A stretch of 54,840 nucleotides of DNA, counting the filler, from Dirinaria sp. TL-2023a (lineage: Eukaryota), in the NCBI GenBank assembly GCA_051941275.1. It is 3 parts of 3 records of this genome, joined end to end, with 100 filler letters (N's around TTAATTAATTAA, not from the genome) between each part and the next. Parts side by side here need not be neighbours in the genome. Positions count along the whole stretch, not along the records: positions 1 to 18,233 come from JAVEBF010000392.1; 2 more parts are not named here. One strand, written 5' to 3'. How positions within the stretch are numbered: the stretch's first letter is position 1; every line of letters starts with the position of its first letter. The notes under the pieces are model-generated. The model saw only the letters and a list, made by a program, of their open reading frames with translations. It had not been told where the DNA came from and did no database searches. Position numbers and translations under genes: made by a program. This document shows, in pieces, positions 1-13,100 of this stretch.

Positions 1-1320
1 GTATCACGACATTCGCCGGCATGATGTCCGCTCTCATCATGGCAATCAACTTCGGTGGGAGCGTCTTTGCTTGGGCCTCTGGTCGCGAGATCGCCCTCTG
101 GGTAGTGGCGGGCGTTCTGCTCATCTTCTTCGGTCTTACACAAGCTAATCATCCCTTTGTGGACGATCAGCATAAGCTTTATCCTACACGATTCTATAAA
201 CGCCCTACTTTAGTAATTCTTCAGGTTTTGGCTTTCTGCGCGGCTTTTTGTCTGTTTGTAAGATCTACCGGCTCTTGCAGCTATACCGAAGCTTCTACCC
301 TGCCTTTGCTTGAAACTTATCTTGCTAACTCGTGCAATACAATAGATACCGACATACTACATTCCTTTGTTTTTCCAGTTCGTAAGAGTGAGATGAATGC
401 TACGTGATTTTCGTTTGCTTTGAAACTTATGGATTCTTAGGGCGATTCTGCACTCGAAGCCGCCGTACGCCTTCTTCCTTTTATCTCGATGATCGTTGTT
501 TTTGCACTTCTGAATGGGGCATTAATGGGAAAACTCGGCTACTTCTTCCCCTGGTATCTCTTCGGCGGTGGTATGTCGGTCATTGGTGCTGCTCTGATGT
601 GTGAGTGTCGCTTCACCATGCACTATAGGGACAGTCTCAAATTGACTGATTTGCTTAGACACGGTTGACTCAAACACCAGCACCTCTGCAGTATATGGTT
701 ACAGTGTTCTGCTGGGTATTGGTGTGGGCTCTTTCCTCCAGGCTAGTTTTGGGGTCTCGCAAGCGCTAGTCTCGCCGAAAGAGATTTCTGATGCTGTAGG
801 CCTCATAAGCGTTGGTAAGAATTCTACTTGTTCTTGGTTACGTCCAAGTCTTTCCGTTCTGTTCAGCCTTGAAAAGTACTGACTATGTATGTCCGCTAGG
901 TCAATCTGTAGGTATTGTTCTATCTTTGGCTATGGCCGGTGCTATTTACCAAAACGAGAGCTACCATGCCATCACACCCCTTCTTCCCCCGCCCGTTACT
1001 CCGTTCGATGTACGATCCCTCATTGCAGGAACAAACAGTGAGGTGTTTCAAAATTTGAAGGAAACCGCCAAGGATCTAGTGATTAAAGCTTTGATAAAGA
1101 CCATGGATAAAGTTTACATCCTCACGATTGCTGGTGGTGGGCTAACGTTCGTTCTGGGATTGGCACTACCGGTCAGTAATTCAAGTTCCTAAGTCTTCAT
1201 GGTCCGAATTCCATTCTTTTTCTATCTGTGCAGAGTAAGAGGCTGAACGCAAACTTGGCCACAGAAAGAAAGGATCTTCACGTCGTGAACCGTGGCATGG
1301 AATGCTCCTTACAAATCTAG
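1..1320 (+). CDS. MFS drug:H+ antiporter (DHA2, 14-TM type), 3' part only
   Basis: Introns 258-345, 388-440, 601-658, 815-899 and 1172-1233 join into ...AINFGGSVFAWASG...IPTYYIPLFFQFVRGDSALEAAVRLLPF...YGYSVLLGIGVGSFLQASF...GQSVGIVLSLAMAGAIYQN, which are typical of fungal cluster-associated DHA2 transporters. TAG at 1318-1320. The start lies outside the window. Confidence 0.88.
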
Positions 1321-1813
1321 TGGATCTGTGTATCTTAGAGGAGCTGCTCAGCTTAGAACCTTCTGCAGAGCTCGAAGCTGAGCTGCGGAGCAGACGTACA
1401 GAAACAAACCTTTCTCTCGACATCTTTACATATCTGAGCTCATAAATGCTGACGCGGTACGTCCATGGCTAAAGTAATTAACAAGTATTGAGGGGGCCTT
1501 TCACGAGGAAGATTATGTCGTATAAGCATTTAGAAGGATTTCAGACGCCATAACCTGGCGTCGTCTAATTGACTCGATACAGCGACAAAAGAAGACTAGC
1601 AATGAATAATTCTGAATCTATCTAGACGCGTCAGGGGTATCGATGGAGTAGAAAATCTGCTTCTTTAGGTTCATTACAATCGTGAAAGCCGATCGCCCTT
1701 TGCTTAAAAATTAAGACTAGCTAGCTGGCTGGCTACCGTGCTACCCGGCAGTAAATCTCCAGAGCCGTAAAAACATGAAGGAACATTTTGCTTCTTTTGG
1801 CACATTCGAGCTT

Positions 1814-2992
1814 TCAAAGCGCACTAGTGATATTAAGAGCCCGCGCACTCAAATGCGCTCTCAATCCTTTGAACTCGGCGTGTAAATCTAATGCCGCCAT
1901 AGGTTTTAAAAGCGGAAGTACATGTACTTCGATTCTGTGGATCTCTCTTGTAAAAACTTCTTTTACGAAAAATTCCTGGTCCTGTTTGTCGACACTGAAG
2001 CCACCTAATGAGACTTTTACCGGTTCCATCCTATCTTTGGCCACCAAGAAGTGTTTCAGCGCGCCCTGGTATGACGTCAATACCAGGTCAACCAGACTGC
2101 ATACGGACGAGAGGATTGGGAACGTGGTAAAGCAAGTGCATGCAGTTATCGAACAAAGAGTTGTGATGGCATTACGATTGAGCTTGAGCGTGTTGTCGAG
2201 TAAGGCATTAGTGTGGTGGAGCCTCGCCTGCACGCTCAGAGTCGTTTCCAGAATGGTAGAAAGACAAGAACAGGCCGATTCGGCAAAGTCATGAAAATTG
2301 ATCTGATCGCAATCACGGTCCTGGAGGTGGTCAGTCATGTTGATAGCATAGCTGCCTCGGCTCGAGAATAGATCTAAGTCAGGAATCGGCCCTTGGCAGA
2401 TTTCCTCCTGTGAAGATGCTGAATCCTTTTCCAAGCGGGATCGTAAAGCGGAGGACTGCTGTGATTTTGGTAGGACGTTATGACTGGCAGGCGCAGAGTT
2501 GACTTCACCTTCGGACATTGAAGGAGATAGTATTTGGCGATGGGACTCAAGCTGGATTTGAATCTGATTTTCCGTCGGCAAACTTCCATAGTTGTTTGAG
2601 CCGGCATTGGCCACCATGTCCTTAGCCGGTAGTGGGTCATCCAATGATAGCAGTCCGGCATCCACAGTAGTCCCACCGTATCCGGAATCCGCAGGCCATA
2701 AAAAGTCTGCGACTGAACTAAGCTCCGCTTCTGTCGGATGAGCTTGCGCAATATCCGCCGGAGTCTGCGAGGCGTACAGAGATTCCCATTCTCTAGACTC
2801 GATTGATGCCGGTGTCAACGGTCCTACGGACTTCTGCACGGAGTTCCGCCGTCTTTGGCGAGGAACGGCAGGGCTGAAGCGACACTGTCGTCCGGCTAAG
2901 TCGCACCGCTCGCATTGCTCATCGGTCAACTTCTTGCACTTGACCTTGGCGGCATGGCAGACGTCACATGAGCTCCTGACCTTGACGGACAT
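1814..2992 (-). CDS. Zn(II)2Cys6 transcription factor, AflR-like cluster regulator
   Basis: N-terminal RSSCDVCHAAKVKCKKLTDEQCERCDLAGRQC binuclear zinc cluster. C-terminal CSCL...C..TC region resembles AflR-type regulators. First ATG at 2992; intronless. Confidence 0.9.
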   Translation of the reverse strand: MSVKVRSSCDVCHAAKVKCKKLTDEQCERCDLAGRQCRFSPAVPRQRRRNSVQKSVGPLTPASIESREWESLYASQTPADIAQAHPTEAELSSVADFLWPADSGYGGTTVDAGLLSLDDPLPAKDMVANAGSNNYGSLPTENQIQIQLESHRQILSPSMSEGEVNSAPASHNVLPKSQQSSALRSRLEKDSASSQEEICQGPIPDLDLFSSRGSYAINMTDHLQDRDCDQINFHDFAESACSCLSTILETTLSVQARLHHTNALLDNTLKLNRNAITTLCSITACTCFTTFPILSSVCSLVDLVLTSYQGALKHFLVAKDRMEPVKVSLGGFSVDKQDQEFFVKEVFTREIHRIEVHVLPLLKPMAALDLHAEFKGLRAHLSARALNITSAL

Positions 2993-4796
2993 TTTCACGA
3001 TTATTGATGACTTATTGCCTTCCAAACATAGTTGGTAGCGCAGTGAGTCAGTGCAAGATTCTCCAGGGGGAAAGGTCTGGTTTTAAGATTTTTTGCTCTT
3101 GTCGCCTGAATTACCCTCTCGGTAAGAATTACTCATACCTGGGCGTCGCAGCTCTTACGTCGAGGTGGGCCATCCAAAAACAGTGGTTGAGCTGCACACG
3201 TTCCAAACGAACCCTACTGAAGGCTTTCAAGTTCAGCTGCTGCAAGGCAAATCAACTTAATCTGAATGTCTGCAACCCTTCGCTTGAGCTTTGAGTCGGG
3301 TTTCAAGATGCGAGGTGCTCGTACTAAGCGTTACATGTGGTGGGGCCGAGCCGCGATCACCTAGTGCGACGGGAGATGCCTTCGGGAGGCTCCTTGGCTA
3401 CCTGATCAACCCCACTGTACCCGTGCCACCCAAGGCGCATCTCCCAGTTACTCCGTACGTAACGTCTCTCTGCCGCGAGGCAACCATTGATTATCGTAAA
3501 GGCAACCGAAGCAGCACGCCATCCAAGGGGATCTGCAAGTGATTCCCAATCAGAGGCAAAAGTCGGACAGAATAAGTCTGTAGATGACAGAACGAAGCAG
3601 CTTACTTAGATTTAGTGGCCTTCGGACATCCCGACTTCCCGTGCGGCCGATAATCTTTCCCAAAATCGTCTTCTAGTCTAGCGATTAAGTGACAGCACAT
3701 ATGTACTGAGCCATGCACATCACGCGTAGAAAGCTCAAAGCTTGCCTAGATTGGACAGCTACAGTACAAACAAGGCGGCTGATGGCTCTGCCTCCCTCGA
3801 GGAGCGAAGGGAGGAGGTATGCCCATTTACGGGTGCTCCAGTCCGATTGGTGCGGCTGCACAGATGGCATGTCTGTCTGGTAGCTGTTTCACACTCGACA
3901 CCAGGCATCACATCAATCTTTCTCTGTGAAGCAACTCGTTGCGTCCACAATATCGTGCTTAGATCATGTGATGGAAAATAACGCATCAATGGCTCGTTTG
4001 AGAAATTGGAGACTACTTGATATTGCTTTGCTAATGAAATAATTCTAAAGCTTCCTAAGTCAGCCTGAAGCCGCTGCATCGAGAGTCGAATTTCTCCCAT
4101 CTCCATACAGCATCTGCATTTTACAGGCTTTATATCGCTAATTCCTGTCCAGTCAATCAAGATCTTCGTATCCAAATGTCAATACACATAGGCTTCGACA
4201 CAGACAAGGCTTTGACGTTCAAAAATTGAACACTGATCCGGGATCGAGCTTCGAGCTTTATGCTGTTTAGGATTCAAAAACTCTCCTTGTACTGTATCGA
4301 AGCTCAACACCATAATTTTGCTCCACATCGCCTGTGAAAGACCGAATTTATGCATTGCCTTGTGCGGCGCCATAGCTGTTCGAAGCTTTAACGTCTTAGC
4401 AGCCTTCTCCACACTTCTAGTGGCAAAAGAATATAGGCTACCCAGAGAGCCCCTTGCGAAATTTATGGCGTTCAGTCATTCTGAACAATAAAAAAATTAG
4501 TTGAAGCTATAGAAAAGGCGCGACTTCTGCGTGCTCCCGTGCGCGACGTTTCAACGTACACTATCATTCGAGACGAGAGGCGAGCGAAAGCGAATTCAGT
4601 GACATGGCACAATCTGTTGGCTTCTTAGACTGAATCCGCCCAAGCAAGGAAAGACTTAGCCCAATGACTTAGTCCGAAACTGTAAGCTATAAGATATCCT
4701 ATGCAGAGTGTAACGCCAGCGGTTGCTGGCGAACCACAAATCCTTCTCCTTGGGGCCAATGTACTTCTGACAAGGTGAAGCTGAACACATAAGCAT

Positions 4797-6347
4797 TTAA
4801 ATCTGCCGTGGCTCCGGCTCTGAGTAGGAATCAATTTCCGAGCCATGTTCCAGGTCGATCGTAGTCGGATGGCGAATGGTAGAAACTGCTGGAGGTGAAT
4901 CGTCTAGCAGCTCGGTGTTTCCTTGGCTGCCGGAAAAAGACCTCTTGCTTCTATTGTATATGCGCAAGCATTTCGATTGGAGCTGGTAGAAAAAGTCTTC
5001 TGGCACGAACCGGATAAAGATAGGTCTCAGAACTACCAGACAGCCACTTAAAACAGCTGTGTGGGCCTCGATAATGCTGCAGACCGTAACACTCGCGATC
5101 GTCCCTTTGGCAAATCTTAGTTCGGGTGTAAGTACATATCAACAAATGGACTGTCTCACAGGTGATGTCGGCGTTGATTTGAAATACCATAATGTACCGG
5201 ATAATGCTTGATAATGTCGCACTAGAGCGGCCATCAGCTGTAATATCTCTAACAGCGGCGCTGATCACTCACAGCCCACCGAGAAGGAATATTCCAATGA
5301 GGCCAAACTTTTGTGTCTTAGGCATTTGGAGCTTTCGGACCATTGGGATGGGCATTAGTAGTATCAAAATATCAGTGATAATCCAGGGTAGTGGATTGAG
5401 ATCTCGGCTCAATGCAGAGCTACCACAATGGCCCCGGATGCTCTTATCCCAGTTATAAGACACAGGCATGCAGATCAAAGCTCCAGCAAGAGTCGTTCCG
5501 ATCCACCACAGCAGGACTACAATACCAATGATTTTGACAGCCTTTCGAAATGCTGGTGTAGCAAAGATCTTGTAGTAAAGAATGAGGATCGATATCTTGG
5601 CAGATGCAATACAGCCCGGTCTGCACGTAAAATTTGAAGATTAACAATCCCTTTCTAAGCCGATCGCACAAAAAATGACTTACTGCAAGAAACCCTACTC
5701 CCCGCCACACAATGAATTAGCTCTGGCTTGTTTGCTTCGAGTGAAAGAGTGGGATTGATGTATTTGCAAATACGACAGCAGTGAGAATATAGCAGGTTCA
5801 AAGAAGATATTGTCTAAAACCACTACATACCGAAACATAATAAGCCTGATGTTGAACAGTCAGATTACACTGTCAGACGGAATATTTGGATATGCTGATA
5901 TAATATGGTCCACAAACCTTGATGAAACTAACCACTTGTGCGTCAGTTAAGGTAGCTAAATGTCGCCCAACTCCCCAATGTACAGATCCTAGAATTAGTA
6001 TAAGTCAGAGAACCATGATGTCGTTACGAGGCCTCGACCGTACCATATGCATACATCGTACTCTCGGATATAGCAAGGGTCTGCAAAATAAATGGAATCA
6101 GCACGTATAACCTGGCATCATGCCATTTTCGAATGCTGAATAGGGTATAGTGGGAGACCAGTGAGTGACCAACAAGCGATAGGAACATCAGATAGTCATC
6201 AAAACTTAGAGAGAGCCCTTTCATTCTCCTTGCAGTAACTCGCAGTATGGTCGCAAGAACAGAGAAGACGGAAAAGACGACTGCTGCGCTAATAATTGAA
6301 GCATCGTGATTTGCACTAGCATCGGTACTCAAATTCGTTGGTTCCAT
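4797..6347 (-). CDS. PTH11/SAT4-like (fungal rhodopsin domain) integral membrane protein without CFEM domain
   Basis: Eight-exon model gives ILRVTARRMKGLSLSFDDYLM...GVGRH...AKISILILYYKIF...LICMPVSYNWDKSIRGHC...TDILILLMPIPMVRKLQMPKTQKFGLIGIFLLGGL...SIIRY...IEAHTAVLSGCLVVLRP, the diagnostic PTH11-family motifs. It needs micro-exons 5831-5845 and 5684-5694. Confidence 0.9.
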
Positions 6348-6536
6348 CGTCTTGTCAAAGGTGCAAGTAATTATAACGAGATAGCGAATTGAGCCTGAAC
6401 GATATCATCAAATGACTTGGATGAATAAAGGTTCGAATACTAAGGTAGGAGCGCTCATCTGCATACATCAATTCAAGCATTCATTAGACACTTGTCTAAT
6501 TAGGGGCAATGAGCGAGATCACCCATCATTGGCTTT

Positions 6537-6626
6537 GCGCCGAGATAAGGCTGAACTCCGAGCGCCATCTCTCGCGCCGAGAACTTAATAACTTCGCACC
6601 GAGATCCAGCTTTTGCACGCCGAAAA
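6537..6626. promoter_or_regulatory. Four direct copies of (G/A)C(G/A)CCGA(G/A)A in the divergent PTH11-like/PKS promoter; candidate Zn2Cys6 sites
   Basis: gcgccgagat 6537, gcgccgagaa 6574, gcaccgagat 6596, acgccgaaaa 6617. Each has a CCG/CGG triplet core. Regulatory function is inferred. Confidence 0.45.
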
Positions 6627-7125
6627 TTACAGATATTCCTTACGACAGGTCATGTACCTGAAACGGTGAAAACTGGTTTTTGAAACAAACCTCTTGTGTA
6701 CGAATAAGTCTTGGCTTTGGTTTCTTTGGAAAAGGAAAACAAGAACGATGGCCTGAGCATTTAGCACCGATGTATCCGATATTGTCACGCCAATGCCTGA
6801 ACCGAGGCGCCGCACGCCGCACACCGCACCGCGCGCAGCACCGTACGAAAGCGGAAGGCAACGCAAAGGGTTTCTTGCACAGATTCTTAGATTGGGATAC
6901 GTTCCTTGGAACGATGACGCCGGAAAGGCGAAAGGTTACCATGGTAAGGCGCAGGGTTGTTCTAAGTGGCCGTCTCTGGTCTTATATCCATCACACCCAT
7001 TTTCGGCATCAGGCGAGAGCATAAGTAGCTGCTGTGCTATGTCCTAGTCAAGCACGATCTACAGCCAAAGCCACTGCATAGGGACGGTCTCACATTCGCC
7101 AAACTCCAATAGTTTTCTTCGCATT

Positions 7126-10100
7126 ATGGCGGCCGAAACCGCAAAACCTTCTTTCCCTAACGGCTTCGAGCCAATAGCTATTGTCGGCATGGGTGAGTCC
7201 CGCATAAGACTACCATGGGATGATCCTTATCGTTGTTAGGATGCAGATGGCCAGGTGGTTGTACGCAGCCTGCGGAGATGTGGGATCTCTTAAGAGAGGG
7301 CAAAGATGCTTATAGCGACTTCCCTGGGGACCGAATTAAAGTAGACGCATTTTTCCACGAAAAGCGGGATCGCCCCGGTTCTTTCTATGCCCGGGGTGGC
7401 TGCTTTCTTCAGTCCAATCCACGAGATTTTGATCATACATTCTTTGGTATCAATCCTCAGGAGGCTGCAAGTATCGATCCCGCCCAGCGCAAACTTCTCG
7501 AAGTCGTGTATGAAGCTTTTGAATCTGCAGGCGTACCATTGGAGCAATTGTCTGGATCGAAAACTGGATGCTTTGTAGGAAATTTCAATTACGACCACCA
7601 ATTGATGCAATTTAGAGACGCGGAGTATCCTGAGCCATACAGCATGACAGGAGGTGGAATGACTATATTGAGCAACCGAATCAATTACGTATTCAATCTT
7701 AACGGTCCAAGCCTCACCCTAGACACAGCGTGCTCTAGTTCCATGTATGCTCTTCATCTTGCGTGCTCTGCTCTGGCAGCAGGCGATTGTACAGGAGCTA
7801 TAGTGGCGGGGTCAAATCTGATTCTGACGCCAGAGTGTCACATCTTCTCTTCGAGTCTAGGAACTCTTTCACCAACATCCAGGTGCCATACTTTCGATGC
7901 CAAGGCAGATGGCTATGCAAGAGCGGATGGGGTTGGCGCCCTATACATCAAAAGACTTGTTGATGCCATCAATGATAAAGACCCAATACGTGCGATTATC
8001 AGAAGCACAGCAGTAAACTCGTAAGCCTTTATGACCCTAGTTATATTCGACTCGATCTGACTTAAGTTGGCGGCACAGGAATGGCAAGACTGGTGGTATC
8101 TCTCTCCCAAGTTCTACAGGCCAAGAGGCCACCATTCGCAGAGCATATGAACGAGCTGGACTCGATCCTGCTGAGACCGATTACGTCGAATGTCACGGTA
8201 CAGGAACAACGCGTGGGGATCCATTGGAAGTCGCTGCGCTGAATGAAGTCTTTGCGCGTGGGAGGTCACAGTCCAATCCTCTCCTTATGGGATCAGTAAG
8301 TATTTCTCAATGCCCTGGGGTGAAGGGCATTAATCATTCAATGTTGCGAAGGTGAAAACGAACCTTGGACATAGTGAATCAGCGAGCGGCATAGCAGGGA
8401 TTATGAAAACCGTCCTTGCGTTAGAAAATGCATCAATACCTCCTGTCGTTGGGTTTCACACCCTAAACCCGAATAGTAAGTATTCTGAAGCCCTTATTCC
8501 GAGGCCAGCAATTTTCCTAGTATTTGACTCGGGGAGGGGCATTTCATGTACTGACATTAAATCCAGTCAACCTCGAAAACGGGCTAATTGAAATTGTCAC
8601 CAAGAGAACTACTTGGCCCAAGAGAAATAGACCTAGACGGGCTAGTGTTAATTCATTCGGTTATGGTGGAGCCAATGCACATACAATCATTGAGTCTGTC
8701 GACTCGTTCGGGCCTCAGTACCAAAGTAAGCTAAGCAATATCGCGGAGAGGATTTCTACATCTTCTTGCGTCCAAACATACCGAAGCCACCTTGAGGGTC
8801 TTACGAACGGTGATGGTGAAATTCAAAGCCCGACAACGGCTGAGGATATAGGTGAAAACACAACATCAGGCCGGGTCACCGGGCGTAGCAGCACAGACAT
8901 CCACTATGCAAACATCAAGAAATGCTCTGATGATCACCCTGTGTCTTTCGACAGAGCTCGAACAAGGTCACAATACTTGATTGTTTTTTCGGCCCACAAC
9001 AAGAGAACGCTGGAACGCAATATAGCAGCCCTCCGAAGCGTAAAGGGCTGGAGAACACACGACTTAGCGTACACTCTTAGCCAGCGCCGATCAATGTTTC
9101 GTCACCGGGCTTTCGGAATCAGCGAAAATGCTCTTCTCGATGGCACTACAATTCCTGAGAATGTTCATATGCACAAGCTCGAAAAATCTCGGCCCCCCAA
9201 TATCTGCTTTATTATGACAGGCCAGGGAGCCCAGTGGACCAAAATGGGACTGGATCTTTACAAAACCTTCTCAGTGTATCGTAAAACCATCCGTGATCTG
9301 AACGGATACCTTCAAGAGCTGGAAAACAAACCTTCATGGACCATTGAGGGTATGCCAATATTCTGCAAACTACCCTTAAATACCCGATTACTTATACCCG
9401 ATTACTTGATCTTCTAACTTTGATTTCAAATTCAGATGCACTCCAATCAATTGCAATCGACAACTCAGAGATATCGCAGCCGGTTACGACAGCTACGCAG
9501 ATTGCCATAGTGGATCTCTTGAGATCCTGGAATATCAGACCCTCTGTAGCCATGGGGCATTCTTCCGGTGCACTGCCATCTTAATGGAGTTTCGATATGG
9601 GCTAACTATTAAGCAGGGGAAATTGCGGCGGCGTATGCTGCGGGGATTCTCACGGCACGAAATGCGATAGTTAACGCTTATCTCCGGGGCTGGACCGTGA
9701 GCCACAATCGTGTTAGCGGTTCAATGCTAGCAGTGGGTGTAGCAGAAGAAGTTATTGTCAATATGCTGAAAGACAATTATCCTCGACTTTCGATTGCATG
9801 TTACAATGGCCCTGAAAATTTTACCATCAGTGGTGACAAAGATGAGATCCTGATGGTAAAACGAGAATTGGAGAACAAGCAGAAATTTGTACGAGAGCTA
9901 GCAACAGATGGCAATGCCTACCATTCCAGTCACATGAGGTTCGTTGGGCACGAATATGAGAAAGAAATCATGCGAAGTCATGCGGAAACGCCGGTACAAG
10001 ATGGGCTTGAGACGATTCCTTTCGTATCATCGGTCACCACAGAAAGGATGAGCAGCTCCCAGATCCAGGCGCCGTACTGGCGAAGCAACCTCGAATCACC

Positions 10101-13100
10101 CGTCTTGTTCGATCAAGCGATTCACCAAATTGTGAAGAATTACGAAATCGATATCATGATAGAAATAGGGCCTCATAGTGCACTACGCAGTCCGCTCAAA
10201 CAAAAAGCACAAGCTATGCCAGATATTGATTTTCCTACCTATCTTCCTAGCCTCATCAAGCATACCAATGGCATCAGCAACATGCTAAATGTTGCTGGAA
10301 CGCTATTTACTAGAGGACAGGCGCTCGACTTTCTACAAATCAACGAGACCGAGAATGAGCAGAACGATGATCATTCTGTAGGGCACAGATCTATCATTGT
10401 TGACTTGCCGCACTATCAGTGGCAATACGATAGCCCACTGTTTAATGAGAATCGCTGGACGCGGGAATGGCGACTACGATCTCACCCAAGGCACGATCTC
10501 CTTGGAAGTCGGATCCCTGGTGGGTCTGACAACCAGCCGACGTGGCGAAATATCTTGCGAACCAAGGATGTCCACTGGCTACAAGACCATTGCGTTGGGC
10601 ATGAGGTGGTCTTTCCTGCAGTGGGATATATCTCCATGGCCATAGAGGCAGCAACTCAAGCGTTTGAGATTAAGGGCGGGGATGCAGATCTGATAGAAGC
10701 ATTCGAGATCCAGGATATGATTATTAAGGCTGCGCTTATTCTCCCATCCCCAGCTGATGGTGTTGAGCTGCTACTCACCCTTAACCTATTGCGATGGGTT
10801 GATACACAACCCCCAGGGTTGATATATCAATTTGTCATCACATCAGTCACAGATCTGGGGCAAGCACAGAGTTTCGTAGAGCATGCAACAGGAAGGTTGG
10901 AAGTCGGGCTTTGCAAAGGTAAATGAGCCTCATTGTAATTTTTGCTACGTTTTGGCTGACTCAACCCAGCCAACAGTACAAATAGCCATCATCTTGGTCC
11001 AGAAAACAGAAATATTGAAAAGAATAAGCTACCTGGTTCTCGTTGGTATGATAATCTGTCAAAGCACGGACTGACTTTTGGACCCTCCTTTCGAAGTCTA
11101 TTGAATCTTTCAGCTTTCGAGAACAACAATATCGTTGAAGCTCAGGTACACGCAGGTGGCGAACAGCAGCCTCCAGCCTCTCACGAATCAAGATATGTCA
11201 TTCATCCCACTAAACTCGACGCGATCTTTCAACTGTCCATCATTGCATCGCACTCTGGAATGCTTTCAAAGCTGAAAAGAGGCTATGTACCCGTTAGCCT
11301 TGAAAGAATAATCTTTTGGCCAAAACATCTTCGCACTGCCAGATCGCTGTGTTCACTGACTGCAGAAGCCACCTCGGTCGGACCTCCTGTTAGTACTAAC
11401 GCAGTTATGTCCACAGATCAACATCAGATCCTATGTGAGTCGACTAATTTACGCTTCAGCGCAATTGATCAACCGTTGTCAGACTTAAAAACACACTTTC
11501 AGCCATACTCCCGTCTGATCTGGAAGCCTGACATTAATTTACTCACAGATGAGAAAGTCGCAATGTTATATCCACCGGTGCAGGCTAATATATGGTCACA
11601 TTTGGATGATCTTGCATCGGAGCAGATCATGCAGTTCTATATCACATTCCAGACATTCTTCAAAAACGGCTCCACCGTCCCACACCTGCAGAAGTTCCTC
11701 GATTGGATGGAAGCAAAGGTCAAAGCTAAATTAGGAAGCAACGCTGCAATTTTGGAGACTTCAGCTGCTCATGTTCTCAGTCGTGCCGCAAGTATTAGAT
11801 CTCATGCCAACGAGCTAAGTCAAGGTTCTAGTGAATGTCGTATCATGTGCCATATGTATCAAAATCTCCCGTCGATATTCAGAGGTGAAATCACAGGAAT
11901 CCAAGCCGCACTACAAAACAATCTCTTGGATGATCTGTATGAGAATGGCCAACTGCTCAGCGAAGGTAACCGGCGTTTAGGACACATCGTCGAACTTCTT
12001 GCACACAAGAGCCCCTCAATGAAGATATTCGAAATAGGTGCTGGTACTGGGAGTGCCACAAAAGAGGTTTTGCGGGTACTCAAGGGCGACACTGACAGCC
12101 GGATGTACCTAGACTATACTTACACTGATATCACTACATCATTCCTTGGACGTGCGGAGCAAAAGTTTGCCAATTTTCATGCCGTCACATATGCAACCTT
12201 CGATATGGAAAAGTCTAGCTCACAGCAAGGGTTTGAAGATAACTATGATCTCATCTTTGCCTCGAACGCGGTTCATGCTACTTCGAATATCGTCGAGACT
12301 CTGAAGAACATCCGCAATTTACTGCAGCCCGGGGGAAAACTAGTTCTGCTGGAGGTTATGAGCTCTTCACTATCGGCGGGCCTAATCCTGGGCACTTTTT
12401 CTGATTTTTGGAAGGCTGATGTGGACACGAATTTTCCAAGGCATGAGGGCCCTTTTCTGAGCAAACAGATGTGGAAAGAGGCTCTTCCTCAAGCTGGGTT
12501 TAGCGGTATTGACCTCCTCCTTGATGATTTCTTAGACCACACATCGAGCTCGGTACTTGTTGCGACGGCGGTAATCTCAGTACCTCAACCTTGTCTCTTG
12601 CCATCGATTCCCGGCCAAGGCCTCACAGTTATTTATCGTGGAGATGGGTCACCTATCGTTAACGCATATCGCGATTTTTTGCGTTCTCGAGGATGTCAAG
12701 TTGATCTCCGTTCTTTGTCCGATCCCTCACTTGACAAATCTCAACAGCAGATTTTTCTTGTTGAAATCAATGTCCCTTTGTTCGATCGTATTACTTCAGC
12801 AGAATGGCGTGGTCTACAAATTGCTTTAGAGCATGCGAAGTCCGTATTGTGGGTCACTAACGGCGGCTTGCTCGATGGCAAACGGCCGCTCTTTGCTATG
12901 ATCCAAGGTATCCTGCGTGGATTGAAAACAGAACGGCCACAACTACGCATATCTACCATTGACTTGGACCTTGACAATGACCAATTCACCAACTCTACGT
13001 TCGACCTCATTTCTCAGCTACAAGTACAGTCCTTGGATGACAGCAAGAAGTACGAGGACTGGGAATATCGACAAAAGTCGGGTATTACATACATTAGCCG

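Noticed and set aside
1788..2294. 168-aa plus-strand ORF
   Set aside because: Antisense shadow of the Zn2Cys6 gene with no recognisable motifs.
3100..4780. Short ORFs between the regulator and the PTH11-like gene
   Set aside because: No homology cues or coherent splice model; treated as promoter/intergenic sequence.
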